Counted from the first letter of the stretch, positions 31,445 to 42,114 are shown. The stretch: 64,000 nucleotides of DNA from an uncultured Candidatus Binatia bacterium (GCA_965216585.1 CBDCGC010000003.1:2337219-2401218); one strand, 5' to 3'. Notes: generated by a model not told the origin, from the letters alone. Made by a program: numbers and translations.

Positions 31445-32182
31445 ATGATCCTGGCGGCCGGCTTCGGCAGCCGGCTGCGCCCGATCACCGATGAGATTCC
31501 CAAACCGCTGATCGACGTCGGCGGCCACCCGATGATCGCCTATCCGCTGGCGATCCTGCGCGAGGCAGGGATCGAAAAGGTCATCATCAATCTCCACCAC
31601 CACGGCGAACGACTGCGCGACGCCCTCGGCGACGGCTCGCGCTACGGCGTGTCTCTCACCTACTCAGACGAAAACCCAATCCTCGACACCGGCGGCGGCA
31701 TCAAGAAGGCGGAGTGGTTCTTGCAAGACGACACCTTCGTCGTCCTCAACGGCGACACCATCATGGATCTCGACCTGCGGGCGGCCGTCGACTTCCACCG
31801 CGACAACGAGTCGGTGGCGACCATGGTCCTGCGCACCGCAGACCCGACCGCTGGCTACGGTGTCATCGAGGTCGACGCCGACCACCGTATCCGCCGCTTC
31901 CTCGGAAAACCGGCCGAGGTCAGCGCCGAGCTGGCGCCGATGATGTTTACCGGTGTCCACATCTTCGAGCCCCGCGTCTTCGACTTCATGGGTGAAGGCC
32001 GCTTCGGCATCAACAGCGAAACCTACCCAGCCATGTTGGCAGCCGGCGAAGCCCTCTACGGCTACCCGTTTGCCGGCTTTTGGAGCGTTCTCGACACCCA
32101 CCCGCTGCTGGCAGCCGGACGCGCCGCGGTCGCCTCCGGCAAGGCTTTGGCAGCGAGCCGAATGCCAAAAAACGCGTCTTGA
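31445..32182 (+). CDS. sugar-1-phosphate nucleotidyltransferase, MurU-like
   Basis: MILAAGFGSRLRPITDEIPKPLIDVGG nucleotidyltransferase signature (G-x-G-t-R-L). Overlaps/abuts the kinase gene (GTG 31436 is the alternative start). Confidence 0.7.
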   Translation: MILAAGFGSRLRPITDEIPKPLIDVGGHPMIAYPLAILREAGIEKVIINLHHHGERLRDALGDGSRYGVSLTYSDENPILDTGGGIKKAEWFLQDDTFVVLNGDTIMDLDLRAAVDFHRDNESVATMVLRTADPTAGYGVIEVDADHRIRRFLGKPAEVSAELAPMMFTGVHIFEPRVFDFMGEGRFGINSETYPAMLAAGEALYGYPFAGFWSVLDTHPLLAAGRAAVASGKALAASRMPKNAS

Positions 32183-32319
32183 CAAGGTGCGTCATGCGCG
32201 AGACACTTCTCAGGTGTAAAGAGTCTGTCCGAGTTTGGGGTTGACCGTGGGGGCGGCTTTTCCGGCTGGGACGGATATCGGGGGTTCTCCGAGACGATTC
32301 GAGGGGGAAGGTCAGCCAA

Positions 32320-33657
32320 ATGGGAATCACGATCGTTGAGAAAAGCGAGTCGAAGCGGCGCAAGAAAAAGGCGAAAATCGCACTGGTTCTAGCCGGTGGC
32401 GCGGTGTCCGGGGGGGCATTCAAGCTGGGTGGGATCAAGGCCCTGGACGACTTCCTCGTCAATCGCAAGACCACCGATTTCGACACCTACGTCGGCTTAT
32501 CGGCCGGTGCGGTCTTGGCCGTGCCGCTGTCGGCGGGAATCTCGCCGGCGGAGATGCTGAAGAGCCTCGAGGGCAAATCATCGCTCGTCGACCGCTTTCA
32601 AGCACTCGACTTCTACAGCCCCAACTTTCGCGAGCTCCTCAGCCGGCCGCTCGAGTATATGTTCACCGCGGCACTCTACTTTCCCAGCGCCGTCGTCGAC
32701 CTGCTGCGCTCCTCGCCGAAGCTGGCCGGCGACATCGAAAAGGCGGGTCGCCGATACTTGAAGAAGCCGACGCGCAGCAACTTCTCCCGCGTCGCCGGCC
32801 CGCTGGCGGAGTGGTACTGGAACCGGCCCAACTTCCCCTCGGTGATGGCTCACTTTCCCTCGGGGTTGTTCGACAACGCCAGCATCGAGCGATACATCCG
32901 CCGCAACCTGGAGAAGGCCGGTCTGCCGAACGACTTCAAGGACCTCTACCAGACGCGCAAGCGCGAGCTCTACATCGCGGCGATGAATCTCGACACAGCC
33001 GAGCGCGCGATCTTCGGCCACGACAGAGAGTCCACACTCACCGTCTCGGAAGCCGTCCAGGCATCGACCGCCTTGCCCGGGTTCTACCGGCCGGCGCGCT
33101 TGAACGGCGACGACTACGTCGACGGCGGCGTGCGGCGTACCGCCAATCTCGACGTCGCCGTCGAGCACGGCGCTGACTTGATCATCTGCTACAACCCTTT
33201 CCGGCCGTTTTCCAATCGGCCGAAGAAGACGGCAAGAGGCTTCGAGCTCAACGGCCAACGCATGGCCGACGCCGGTCTGTTGACGATTCTCAACCAGGTC
33301 TTCCGCACCATGCTCCACTCGCGCCTGCAGTACGGCTTGCGCCAACTGCGCAACGATCCAAAGTTCAAGGGCGACATCATCGTCGTCGAACCCAAGGAGT
33401 CCGACGCGCACTTCTTCGAGCTCAACGCCCTGGCCTATTGGGAACGCATGCGCGCCGCACAACTCGGCTACCAATCTGTGACCGATTCGATCCGCCGCAA
33501 CTACGATCGCATGCGTGACATCCTCAGCCGCCACGGCCTGACGATGACCAAGGTCAACGTCGAAAGAAACCTGCGGCGTATGAAACGCGACTCGTCGACC
33601 GCCGTCGACTCTCTGACCCGAGAATTCCCAGCCCGCCGACTGCGCATCGCGTCGTAG
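32320..33657 (+). CDS. patatin-like phospholipase
   Basis: Oxyanion GGAVSGG, nucleophile elbow GLSAG, catalytic Asp in YVDGGV. Confidence 0.8.
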   Translation: MGITIVEKSESKRRKKKAKIALVLAGGAVSGGAFKLGGIKALDDFLVNRKTTDFDTYVGLSAGAVLAVPLSAGISPAEMLKSLEGKSSLVDRFQALDFYSPNFRELLSRPLEYMFTAALYFPSAVVDLLRSSPKLAGDIEKAGRRYLKKPTRSNFSRVAGPLAEWYWNRPNFPSVMAHFPSGLFDNASIERYIRRNLEKAGLPNDFKDLYQTRKRELYIAAMNLDTAERAIFGHDRESTLTVSEAVQASTALPGFYRPARLNGDDYVDGGVRRTANLDVAVEHGADLIICYNPFRPFSNRPKKTARGFELNGQRMADAGLLTILNQVFRTMLHSRLQYGLRQLRNDPKFKGDIIVVEPKESDAHFFELNALAYWERMRAAQLGYQSVTDSIRRNYDRMRDILSRHGLTMTKVNVERNLRRMKRDSSTAVDSLTREFPARRLRIAS

Positions 33658-33837
33658 CGCCGTTCCCACCTGCGAGCCTCTGGCGCGACGGCCATGGGCG
33701 GGTCGACCTAGATCCCGTGAACGCCGTTCTATTCATTTGAGCGGCGGGCCTCATTGTCGACCCGGGGCTGTGGTGCTAGGTCTACCGGCTTTCGATCCGT
33801 TCGGTACGTTTTGTCACCGATCGAAAGGGGGAATGCA

Positions 33838-36213
33838 ATGTCGACAAAATCGAGAGCGTGGCGGCGTCTCATTACTGCGCTCGCCCTTCTGGGCATCGCG
33901 GCGGCTTGCGGGGACGACGACTCCGCCGGCGAAATCACTGAACCGGCGGCCTTCACGGTGAGCCCGGGGGTGCGGCTGGTGACCGTCAGCGGCGCCGAGG
34001 CCAAGCAGCCGCTGACTCTGCGCGACGCCTCGGGGCGGCGCTTGATCACGCTCATCGCCGACGACAACGGCAACGCCGCCTTCTCGCCGATTACCGAGGA
34101 GCACACGGTCTATGAAACCGGCACCGGCGAAGCGCCACCGAGCGGGCGCGGGTTCACCCTGCGCGCCGGTGATGGCTACGTCATTCGCGACGAGTCGACC
34201 GACCCGATCCAGACCTCCGAACCGTTCCGCGTCCTGGCGCGCGACGACCTTCCCGACGAATCTCTCTACGACGAACAGGTGGTGAACGGTGTGCCCTGGG
34301 AGATCACCGGCGGCGCCGCCCTCGAAGAGCACGACGTCGAAGAGGGCGTCAACTATCTCGAGATGCGCGACGGCACGCTGCTCTCCGCCATGGTCCGCCT
34401 TCCCGATCCGCGCTTCTACGGCGATCCACCTTATCCAACCGTCATCGAGCTGTCCGGCTACGATCCGTCCAACCCGAGCAGTCCCGAGCCCGGCTCGCTG
34501 ATCGCAGGCGCCTTGGGCTACGCGACGGTCGGCGTCAACCTGCGCGGCACTGGCTGCTCGGGCGGAGTGTTCGACGTCTTCTCGCCGGCCGAACAAGCCG
34601 ACGGCTACGACCTGGTCGAGATCATCGCCCGCCAGCCGTGGGTGCTCCACAACCACGTCGGCATGGTCGGTTTGAGCTACTCCGGCATCACCCAGCTCTT
34701 CACCGCATCGACACAGCCGCCCAGCTTGGCCGCCATTGCACCGCTGTCGGTCATCGAGGACTCGTGGCAGATGGCATGGCCCGGCGGAATCTACAACGCC
34801 GGTTTCACCAAACAGTGGGTCGCCGAGCGCGAGCGCCAGTCGTCCGGCCAGCAGGGTTGGACGCGACGCCGCATCGAAGCTGGCGATACGGTCTGCGAAG
34901 CCAACCAGGCGTTGCGCGATCAGAGCGTCGGCTTCGAGGCCTTCGTGCGCTCACTGCAAACGCGCCCCGACGATGCAGACGAACGCGACCTCGCCAGGCT
35001 GGCTCCGTCGATCAACCGGCCGGTCTTTCTCACCGGCGCCTGGCAGGACGAGCAGACCGGTCCGCGTTTTGCCACCATGCTCGATAACTTCACCGGTGCC
35101 GGCAACAAGAGCTTCGTCCTCTTCAACGGCCACCACCCCGATGGCTACAGCGCCCACAACCTGAGCCGCTGGTACGAGTTCCTCGACCTCTACGTCGCTC
35201 GACGCGTGCCGCGTTTGCTCGATCTGGTGCGCGCGGTATTGCCGGACGAGCTCGAGAACAACTTCGGCGCGCCGCTCGCTCTCGACCCCGACCGCTTTGC
35301 CGACCTCGACGACTCGCAATACGACGAGGCACTCGCCCGCTGGGAATCGGATCCCACCATCACGATCGACTTCGAGGTCGGCATGGGCGACGTCGACAAC
35401 GCCCTCGGCGCGCCGGTGCCGCGCTTTACGGCGCAATTCGATCACTTCCCACCGGCCGACGCGGAAGCGTGGCGCCTCTACCTGGACGCCGGCGGACGCC
35501 TCGTAGATGCCGCACCGGCGGAAGAGGGCGCCGACCGCTTCACCTTCGATGCCGACATCGGCTTGGTCGGCTACGCCAACGAAGGCGGTTTCGACTTCAT
35601 CATGCCGAGTTTCGATCTCGACTTCGACTGGCAACCGACGCCGGACGGAAAGGGCCTTTCCTACCTGACCGAGCCAATCGACGAAGACGTCGTCATCGCC
35701 GGCTCCGGCCACGCCGATTTGTGGTTGCGCAGTGAAAGCAGCGAAGCCGCGATCGAGCTGGTTCTCTCAGAAGTCACACCCGACGGCGACGAAGTTCGTA
35801 TCCAGAACGGAGTCCTGCGCGCCGGATTTCCGGTCGACGAAGAACGCTCGGACGATTTCACGATTCAAATTCTATACCACCCGGACTCCTACCAACCGCT
35901 ACCGGTCGGCGAGCTCGTCCTCGTGCGCGTACCGATCTTCCCGGTTGCCCACCCGCTGCGCGCCGGCTCGCAACTGCGCCTTCAGATCAACACCCCGGGC
36001 GGCGACCTGCCGTTGTGGTTCTTCGAAAACCGCGACCCCGGCGGCGAGGACATCGGCTACAACATCGGCCGCGGCGGCTCCGCCGCGTCGTCGATCGTCC
36101 TGCCCGTGCTGCCGGCCGGCGCGATCGATATCCCCGCCGAAAGGCCGATCTGCGGCGCCTTGCGCGGCCAGCCATGCCGAGCCTACGTCCCGCTGGAGAA
36201 CGAGCCCTCCTGA
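33838..36213 (+). CDS. secreted CocE/NonD-family (S15 X-Pro dipeptidyl-peptidase-like) alpha/beta hydrolase, probable lipoprotein
   Basis: AAGGGGG Shine-Dalgarno; signal peptide ending ...LLGIAAAC; GLSYSG nucleophile motif; about 790 aa. Confidence 0.65.
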   Translation: MSTKSRAWRRLITALALLGIAAACGDDDSAGEITEPAAFTVSPGVRLVTVSGAEAKQPLTLRDASGRRLITLIADDNGNAAFSPITEEHTVYETGTGEAPPSGRGFTLRAGDGYVIRDESTDPIQTSEPFRVLARDDLPDESLYDEQVVNGVPWEITGGAALEEHDVEEGVNYLEMRDGTLLSAMVRLPDPRFYGDPPYPTVIELSGYDPSNPSSPEPGSLIAGALGYATVGVNLRGTGCSGGVFDVFSPAEQADGYDLVEIIARQPWVLHNHVGMVGLSYSGITQLFTASTQPPSLAAIAPLSVIEDSWQMAWPGGIYNAGFTKQWVAERERQSSGQQGWTRRRIEAGDTVCEANQALRDQSVGFEAFVRSLQTRPDDADERDLARLAPSINRPVFLTGAWQDEQTGPRFATMLDNFTGAGNKSFVLFNGHHPDGYSAHNLSRWYEFLDLYVARRVPRLLDLVRAVLPDELENNFGAPLALDPDRFADLDDSQYDEALARWESDPTITIDFEVGMGDVDNALGAPVPRFTAQFDHFPPADAEAWRLYLDAGGRLVDAAPAEEGADRFTFDADIGLVGYANEGGFDFIMPSFDLDFDWQPTPDGKGLSYLTEPIDEDVVIAGSGHADLWLRSESSEAAIELVLSEVTPDGDEVRIQNGVLRAGFPVDEERSDDFTIQILYHPDSYQPLPVGELVLVRVPIFPVAHPLRAGSQLRLQINTPGGDLPLWFFENRDPGGEDIGYNIGRGGSAASSIVLPVLPAGAIDIPAERPICGALRGQPCRAYVPLENEPS

Positions 36214-36360
36214 CCCCAATCGAATCGCGAAGCTCTACTCACCGCCACGGAAAGATCCATTGTCGCTGCTGCCGCGGCTCTTCCTTGACTCGGATCGCAC
36301 GGAACGACTAAGACTGAACCTTGCGATTGAGGACATTCCAGAAGGTAGAATGGAGAATCC

Positions 36361-37503
36361 ATGAAGTCTGTTCGCGCACTGACCTTTGCCCCGCTGTTTC
36401 TGCTTCTGCCGATCGCCTTCGCTCCGACGTTGGCAACGGCGGCTCGCCACACGGTTCACCCCGGCGAATCGATTCAGGCGGCGATCGACGCCGCGGCCCC
36501 CGGCGATACGGTCAAGGTGATGCCCGGTGACTACATCGAGCCCGGCCCGGGTCCCGCCGCAGTGAGAATCACCAAGCGGCTCAAATTGATCGCCAAGAGC
36601 AAGTTGCCGGATGTGAAGGTTCGCATCCTGCCCGGCGCGGGGCAGACCGACGGCATCGTCGTCGAGCCCGAAAACCCGGGCGACCCGGACGTCGAAAAGG
36701 TCCTCATCAAGGGTTTCACCGTCGAGGGTTTCCCCAACAACGGCATCTGGCTGCGCCACGTCAACAAGTTCAAGATCAAGAACAACGAGTCGATCGACAA
36801 TCTCGAGAACGGAATCTGGCCAACGCTTTCCGCCAACGGCCTGGTGAAGAACAACGTTTCGTACGGTTCGCTGGACGCCGCCTTGTGGATCGAGGCCGCA
36901 GAGAACGTACGCGTCATCAAGAACGATCTCCATCACAGTCCGACCGGCCTCGAAATCACGGTGTCGCGGAACATCATCGCCAAGAAGAACGACATCCACC
37001 ACAACACCGTTGGCGTCGGCCTCTACCATCCCAACGGGGCGGGACTGCCGCCGCTCGGCAACGACGGTGACTGGTACATCATCAACAACCACATCCACGA
37101 CAACAACGAGATGAATACCGCGCCACCGGGGTCGTTGTCGGCAGAGCTACCGCCTGGGGGTGGAATCCTGTTGATCGGCGTCGACCGGGTTACGGTCAAG
37201 AACAACCTGATCGAAAACAACAACTTCTTCGGACTCGCGGTGGTGGACTGGTGTTTGGGCTTCGACTGCGATGTCAGCCCGCCGATCGTCGCCGATCAGT
37301 TTCCAGACGAGAACAGGGTCATCAAGAACAACCTCATCGACAACGGACTCAGCCCCATTCCGTTTGGTGGCTTGGAAATCTTCGCCAACGACATCATCTA
37401 CCTCTTGCTAGAACCCGGCCACGAAAACTGCTTCGCGAAAAACACCGGTACGTTCGGGGGGCTTGGAACACCCATACACGCCAACTCCTGCCCGCGATTC
37501 TGA
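36361..37503 (+). CDS. secreted right-handed parallel beta-helix repeat protein (pectate-lyase fold)
   Basis: Signal peptide; repeated NNxIxxN / IKNN turns (IKNNESIDN, VKNNVSYG, IKNDLHHS, KKNDIHHN, INNHIHDN, VKNNLIENN, IKNNLIDN). Asn/Lys-rich and visibly lower GC than its neighbours. Confidence 0.6.
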   Translation: MKSVRALTFAPLFLLLPIAFAPTLATAARHTVHPGESIQAAIDAAAPGDTVKVMPGDYIEPGPGPAAVRITKRLKLIAKSKLPDVKVRILPGAGQTDGIVVEPENPGDPDVEKVLIKGFTVEGFPNNGIWLRHVNKFKIKNNESIDNLENGIWPTLSANGLVKNNVSYGSLDAALWIEAAENVRVIKNDLHHSPTGLEITVSRNIIAKKNDIHHNTVGVGLYHPNGAGLPPLGNDGDWYIINNHIHDNNEMNTAPPGSLSAELPPGGGILLIGVDRVTVKNNLIENNNFFGLAVVDWCLGFDCDVSPPIVADQFPDENRVIKNNLIDNGLSPIPFGGLEIFANDIIYLLLEPGHENCFAKNTGTFGGLGTPIHANSCPRF

Positions 37504-37611
37504 CACCGGAATCGTTTCCACGGCCTGATCGGCGCGGGTTGGTGAAGGTGCGTCCCCCTTTGTCCAACCCAGCTGCCCGAATGGCGTAGGGTGCCACGTG
37601 TTTGTCGTTCC

Positions 37612-39966
37612 ATGACCGCCCGCGCCGCCTTTTGGGTCGTTCTCGCGATCGGTTTCCTCGCTGCCGGCCCCGGAGACCTCGCCTTCGCGCGCGAGACGAA
37701 GGGCACCGACCCTGTCAAACCCTCCGAAGGGCTCCTGAAAATCACCTACCCTCAGGAGGGAACGCTGTTCCCCCCTGAAATCGTCGCCCCCACTTTCCTG
37801 TGGGAAGAGGGCACCGCCAACGTCGAAGTCTGGAATGTCGTCGTTCGCGACGACAGTGGTGGCGAGTTGCTCAAAGCCACGGTTGATGCACCGCAGTGGC
37901 GCCCCTCCGAGGAAACGTGGAACCAGATCAAGCTGCAGAGCTCGGAGCGCGACGCTGCAGTGACCGTCGAAGGAGTAGACCGCGACGACGGCGCGGCGGT
38001 CCTGTCGTCGGCAAGTGTCCACATTCGCACTTCGAAAGACCCGGTTGGCGACTCTCTGTTCTATCGCGAGGTGCCGCTGCCTTTTTTGACGGCTGTACAG
38101 GACCCGTCACTCATTCGCTGGCGCTACGGAACCATCGACTCGCAGTCGGGCCCGCCGATCGTACTGCAGAACTTGCCGGTGTGTGGCAACTGCCACTCCT
38201 TTGCCGACAACGGCAGCGTACTCGGTCTCGACGTCGACTACGGCAACGACAAGGGCGCCTACGCGATCATGACCGTTTCTTCTCACATGGTGATGGACGA
38301 CGAGAAGATCATCACCTGGGCGGACTACAAGCGTCAGGACGGAGAGATCACCTTTGGCTTACTGTCGCGTGTTTCGCCCAGCGGCCGGTACGTGATCAGC
38401 ACCGTCAAAGACCGCTCGGTGTTCGTCGCCATCCCGGACATCATGATCTCGCAGCTCTTCTTTCCGATCAAAGGCATTCTCGTCGTCTACGATCGGGAGA
38501 ACGAGACCTACAAGGCGTTGCCCGGTGCTGACGACCCGCGCTACGTGCAGAGCAACGCGGTCTGGAGTCCGGATGGCAAAGAGATCGTCTTCGCCCGGGC
38601 AAAGGCCTACCACGCGCAAAGTCTCGATCAGCAAAACAGCGCCATCGTCGACGAGAAAGACGTCCCAGAGTTCATCGTCGACAAGAAGCCCTTTCGCTAC
38701 GACCTGTACCGAATTCCGTTCAACGACGGCCAAGGCGGGACGGCAGTACCGCTCGAAGGCGCCTCGAGCAACGGGATGAGCAACTTCTTTCCGAAATACT
38801 CACCCGACGGCAAGTGGATCATCTTCTGCAAAGCAGAGAACTACATGTTGCTTCAGCCCGACGCCGAGCTCTACATCATCCCCGCCAAAGGTGGCAGGGC
38901 GCGCCGCCTGCGCTACAACACCGCGCGCATGAATTCCTGGCACAGTTGGTCTTCCAACAGCCGGTGGCTGGTCTTCTCTTCCAAGGTCAACACGGCCTAC
39001 ACGCAGCTCTTTCTCACTCACATCGACGCCGACGGAAACGATAGCCCGCCCGTCCTCCTCGAGCGCTTCACCTCTCCCGACCGCGCGGCGAACATTCCTG
39101 AGTTCGTCAATTTGCCGGGCGACGCCATCGCCGCCATCCGCGAGAATTTCCTCGACGCCTACTCGTTCTTACGGGCCGGTATGGCCAACGAACGCACCGG
39201 CGACCACAAGGGCGCCGAACGCGCCTTCCGGCGGGGGCTGGGGCTCTCCCCACAAGACGCCGAACTGCGCAACGCATTGGGTTGGACGTTGTTTCAGAGC
39301 GGCAGGACCGACGAGGCGTTGGCAGAATACCGGCGAGCCCTGGCGGTGGATCCGCAACACGTCAAGTCGCACAACAACATGGCTCTTGCCCTGGTCGAGC
39401 TCGGTAGGTTGGAGGATGCGGCCGCACACTTCGAAAAGTCCCTCCAAATCGAACCGAAGGCCGAAATCTACAGCGATCTCGGTTTCATCAAGGCCCGTCT
39501 GGGCAAGTCAGACGAGGCCCTCGCCGACTATCGCAAAGCGCTGGAGCTGGATCCAAAGTGTGCATCGGCACACGTGAACCTCGCCGTCGCGTTCATCCAA
39601 GCAGGCGCGCTCTCCAAAGCCGAGTCCCACTACCGCCAGGCTCTGGAAGAAAAGCCCGCCGCCGCTACCCACAACGGCCTGGGTTTCGCGCTGGCGCGAC
39701 AGGGCCGCGTGGACGAGGCGCTCGCCGAGTACGGCAAGGCGGTCGAAGTCGACCCAAACTTCACCCCAGCCTACAACAACCTCGCGGCTTCGTTGGCAAA
39801 GCAAGGCAAGCTCGAAGATGCGGAGCGCTACTACCGACGTTCGCTAGAGCTCAAGCCGAGCGCCTCCGTACACAACGCATTGGGAATTCTGTTGGGCCGA
39901 CTCGGCAGATCCGAGGAGGCCGCAGATCACTTCCGCCAGTCGAAAGCTTTGGAATCGGCAAGGTGA
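37612..39966 (+). CDS. secreted protein with CxxCH haem-binding motif, TolB-like PD40 beta-propeller repeats and C-terminal TPR repeat array
   Basis: Signal peptide MTARAAFWVVLAIGFLAAG; CGNCH; WSPDGKEIVF and YSPDGKWIIF PD40 motifs; about 10 TPR units in the last 330 aa. Confidence 0.65.
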   Translation: MTARAAFWVVLAIGFLAAGPGDLAFARETKGTDPVKPSEGLLKITYPQEGTLFPPEIVAPTFLWEEGTANVEVWNVVVRDDSGGELLKATVDAPQWRPSEETWNQIKLQSSERDAAVTVEGVDRDDGAAVLSSASVHIRTSKDPVGDSLFYREVPLPFLTAVQDPSLIRWRYGTIDSQSGPPIVLQNLPVCGNCHSFADNGSVLGLDVDYGNDKGAYAIMTVSSHMVMDDEKIITWADYKRQDGEITFGLLSRVSPSGRYVISTVKDRSVFVAIPDIMISQLFFPIKGILVVYDRENETYKALPGADDPRYVQSNAVWSPDGKEIVFARAKAYHAQSLDQQNSAIVDEKDVPEFIVDKKPFRYDLYRIPFNDGQGGTAVPLEGASSNGMSNFFPKYSPDGKWIIFCKAENYMLLQPDAELYIIPAKGGRARRLRYNTARMNSWHSWSSNSRWLVFSSKVNTAYTQLFLTHIDADGNDSPPVLLERFTSPDRAANIPEFVNLPGDAIAAIRENFLDAYSFLRAGMANERTGDHKGAERAFRRGLGLSPQDAELRNALGWTLFQSGRTDEALAEYRRALAVDPQHVKSHNNMALALVELGRLEDAAAHFEKSLQIEPKAEIYSDLGFIKARLGKSDEALADYRKALELDPKCASAHVNLAVAFIQAGALSKAESHYRQALEEKPAAATHNGLGFALARQGRVDEALAEYGKAVEVDPNFTPAYNNLAASLAKQGKLEDAERYYRRSLELKPSASVHNALGILLGRLGRSEEAADHFRQSKALESAR

Positions 39967-40164
39967 GCCGGAACTATCACCTGCCGCACGGCAACCCAGA
40001 CCATGTCGCGCTCCGGCCCGATCATATTCCTTGACAATCGATAAGTCTTCTTGGGATTGTACACGTTGGCGTCGTAGGCGTTGTCGACAGACAGGAGCGT
40101 TGAACGACATATCGGTCGAGCAAACCCTCTGAACAGCGAACAGCCGTATGAACGTGGGAGCAAG

Positions 40165-41391
40165 ATGATTCGATTTCGACTGAGGCAGGAAGCCATGACA
40201 ACCATTGCAACGCGGATCGGCGCTGCCGTCACCCTCGCAGCGACCGTCATGATACAGACTTCGCACGCCTACCCGACCTACAACGACGGTATGGGTAACG
40301 GCTGCGTGCAGTGTCACAACGGCTTCAACGGAGGCACCGGTGCTTTGCACACCAATCACCGGGATCAGTTGGGGGTTCAGACCTGCAACCTGTGTCACCC
40401 CAACGGCGGCGGCACGACTCCGGTGTCGACATACACCAGCGGTACGGGTGGCGCCCTCGGCTGCGCCGGGTGTCACGGTCAGGATTACGGCGAGACGTCA
40501 CCCAACAGCGGCCAGCCAAAGGCGACCGCCTACGGCTTGCGCCAACACCACGTCAACAACGGCATCAGCTCGTGCGGAACCGGAGGCTGCCACGCGCCAG
40601 GGTCCCTCGGACACCCCAATCCCTTCCCGCCGCTATTTGGTGAGGATGAGGTGCCGCCCTACTACGATCCTATTTTCAGCGGTCTGACCGATCCGTGCTC
40701 GAGCTCGGACGAAGACATGCCTTTCGATATGGACTCTCTCGGCCTCGACAACGACGGCGACGGCGACATCGACGGAGCCGATCTGGATTGCGCCGTGTCG
40801 GGAACACCGACGGCGACACCCAGCCCGACATCGACTCCCGCGCCGACCACGGCATTGAGTTGTGGGAGTGGGCCTGTAGCCGGTTGCATCGCCCCTGCAA
40901 AAGGGGTGCTGGTCGTCAAAGAAAAAGCCGCCGGCAAGGAGAAGATCAAAGTCGCGCTCAAGAAGCTGCAGCCTGCACTCGTCCCGAATGACTTCGGCGA
41001 CCCGGTTACCGGAGCGACGGCGTACAAGATCTGTATCTACGATTCCACCGACCAGCCGGTGGGAGAGTACACCGTCGACCAAGCCGGAGCCTTGTGCAAC
41101 GGCGTGTCCTGTTGGTCGTCGATCACCAAGGGCTACAAGTACCGCGACAAGGGCACCTCGACGGACGGAATCTTGAAGATCAATCTGTTCGGCGGCGACG
41201 CCGGCAAGGGCAAGGTGATCGTCGTCGGCAAGAACAAGACCGGAAATTTGCCGACCGGGGTAGCGTCGGCAATGCAAGGCGAAACCAGCGCAACGGTTCA
41301 GGTCTTGTCGAGCGATGCCTCTTGCGTCGGCATGAATCTGCCGCAAGTCAAGAAGGCCGACGGCCTGATCTTCAAAGCTACCGGGCCCTGA
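40165..41391 (+). CDS. secreted multihaem c-type cytochrome (cytochrome-c3-like motif set) with Asp-rich dockerin-like segment, PT linker and novel C-terminal domain
   Basis: CVQCH, CNLCH, CAGCH plus CGTGGCH (CX4CH as in class III cytochromes); DNDGDGDIDGADLD; TPTATPSPTSTPAPTT linker. Start 40165 or 40195. Confidence 0.65.
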   Translation: MIRFRLRQEAMTTIATRIGAAVTLAATVMIQTSHAYPTYNDGMGNGCVQCHNGFNGGTGALHTNHRDQLGVQTCNLCHPNGGGTTPVSTYTSGTGGALGCAGCHGQDYGETSPNSGQPKATAYGLRQHHVNNGISSCGTGGCHAPGSLGHPNPFPPLFGEDEVPPYYDPIFSGLTDPCSSSDEDMPFDMDSLGLDNDGDGDIDGADLDCAVSGTPTATPSPTSTPAPTTALSCGSGPVAGCIAPAKGVLVVKEKAAGKEKIKVALKKLQPALVPNDFGDPVTGATAYKICIYDSTDQPVGEYTVDQAGALCNGVSCWSSITKGYKYRDKGTSTDGILKINLFGGDAGKGKVIVVGKNKTGNLPTGVASAMQGETSATVQVLSSDASCVGMNLPQVKKADGLIFKATGP

Positions 41392-41497
41392 GCCGAGCCA
41401 TCCAAGCAGACGGCGACCCGTACGGTCTGGGGCGGCCAGCCGTGGCGTGCAAGGCGCGGCTGGCGCTCATTCGACCATTTCGGGATCATGAGGGTCG

Positions 41498-42094
41498 ATG
41501 ACCCACCCGATGGCCATGGCGCTGCCCATCCTCGCCACCGCAGCGCTTTGCAGCGCTCGCGCCGACACGCCACCGGTCGTGGGTGAGGCGCTGATCGGCG
41601 CGGCGATGGAACGAACGACCAGGGCCGTGCGCTACGACGGCAGCTACCGGCGGCTCGCCTACCCAATGGGAGACGTCGACGACGACGTCGGCGTATGCAC
41701 CGACCTCATCATTCGCGCCTATCGCAAGGTCGGTATCGATCTGCAGCAACTCGTCCACGAAGACATGACGGCCGCCTTCGGCGAATATCCGCCGCGCTGG
41801 GGCCTGAAGAGACCCGACGCCAACATCGACCATCGCCGTGTTCCCAACCTGCAGGCCTTCTTTCGCCGGCATGGCCGTGTGCTACCAAAAGGCCGCAACC
41901 CCAACCGCTACTTTCCGGGCGAGCTGGTGACCTAGGTGTTGCCCGGCAACCTGCCGCACATCGGCATCGTCGCCGCTCGGCGTTCACCCGGTGGCCAACG
42001 TCCACTCATCATCCACAACATCGGCGCCGGACCAGTCGTCGAGGACATCCTCTTCAAATTTCCGATCGACGGGCACTACCAGTATCCGCGATAG
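41498..42094 (+). pseudogene. DUF1287-family secreted protein gene interrupted by an in-frame amber codon (TAG at 41933-41935, replacing a conserved Trp codon)
   Basis: The reading frame continues unbroken after the stop: ...YFPGELVT*VLPGNLPHIGIVAARR...IIHNIGAGPVVEDILF... Family members have W at this position (PGDIVAW...HIGIV), so TGG->TAG. Confidence 0.65.
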
Positions 42095-42114
42095 AAGATC
42101 AGCAAGGAAATCCA

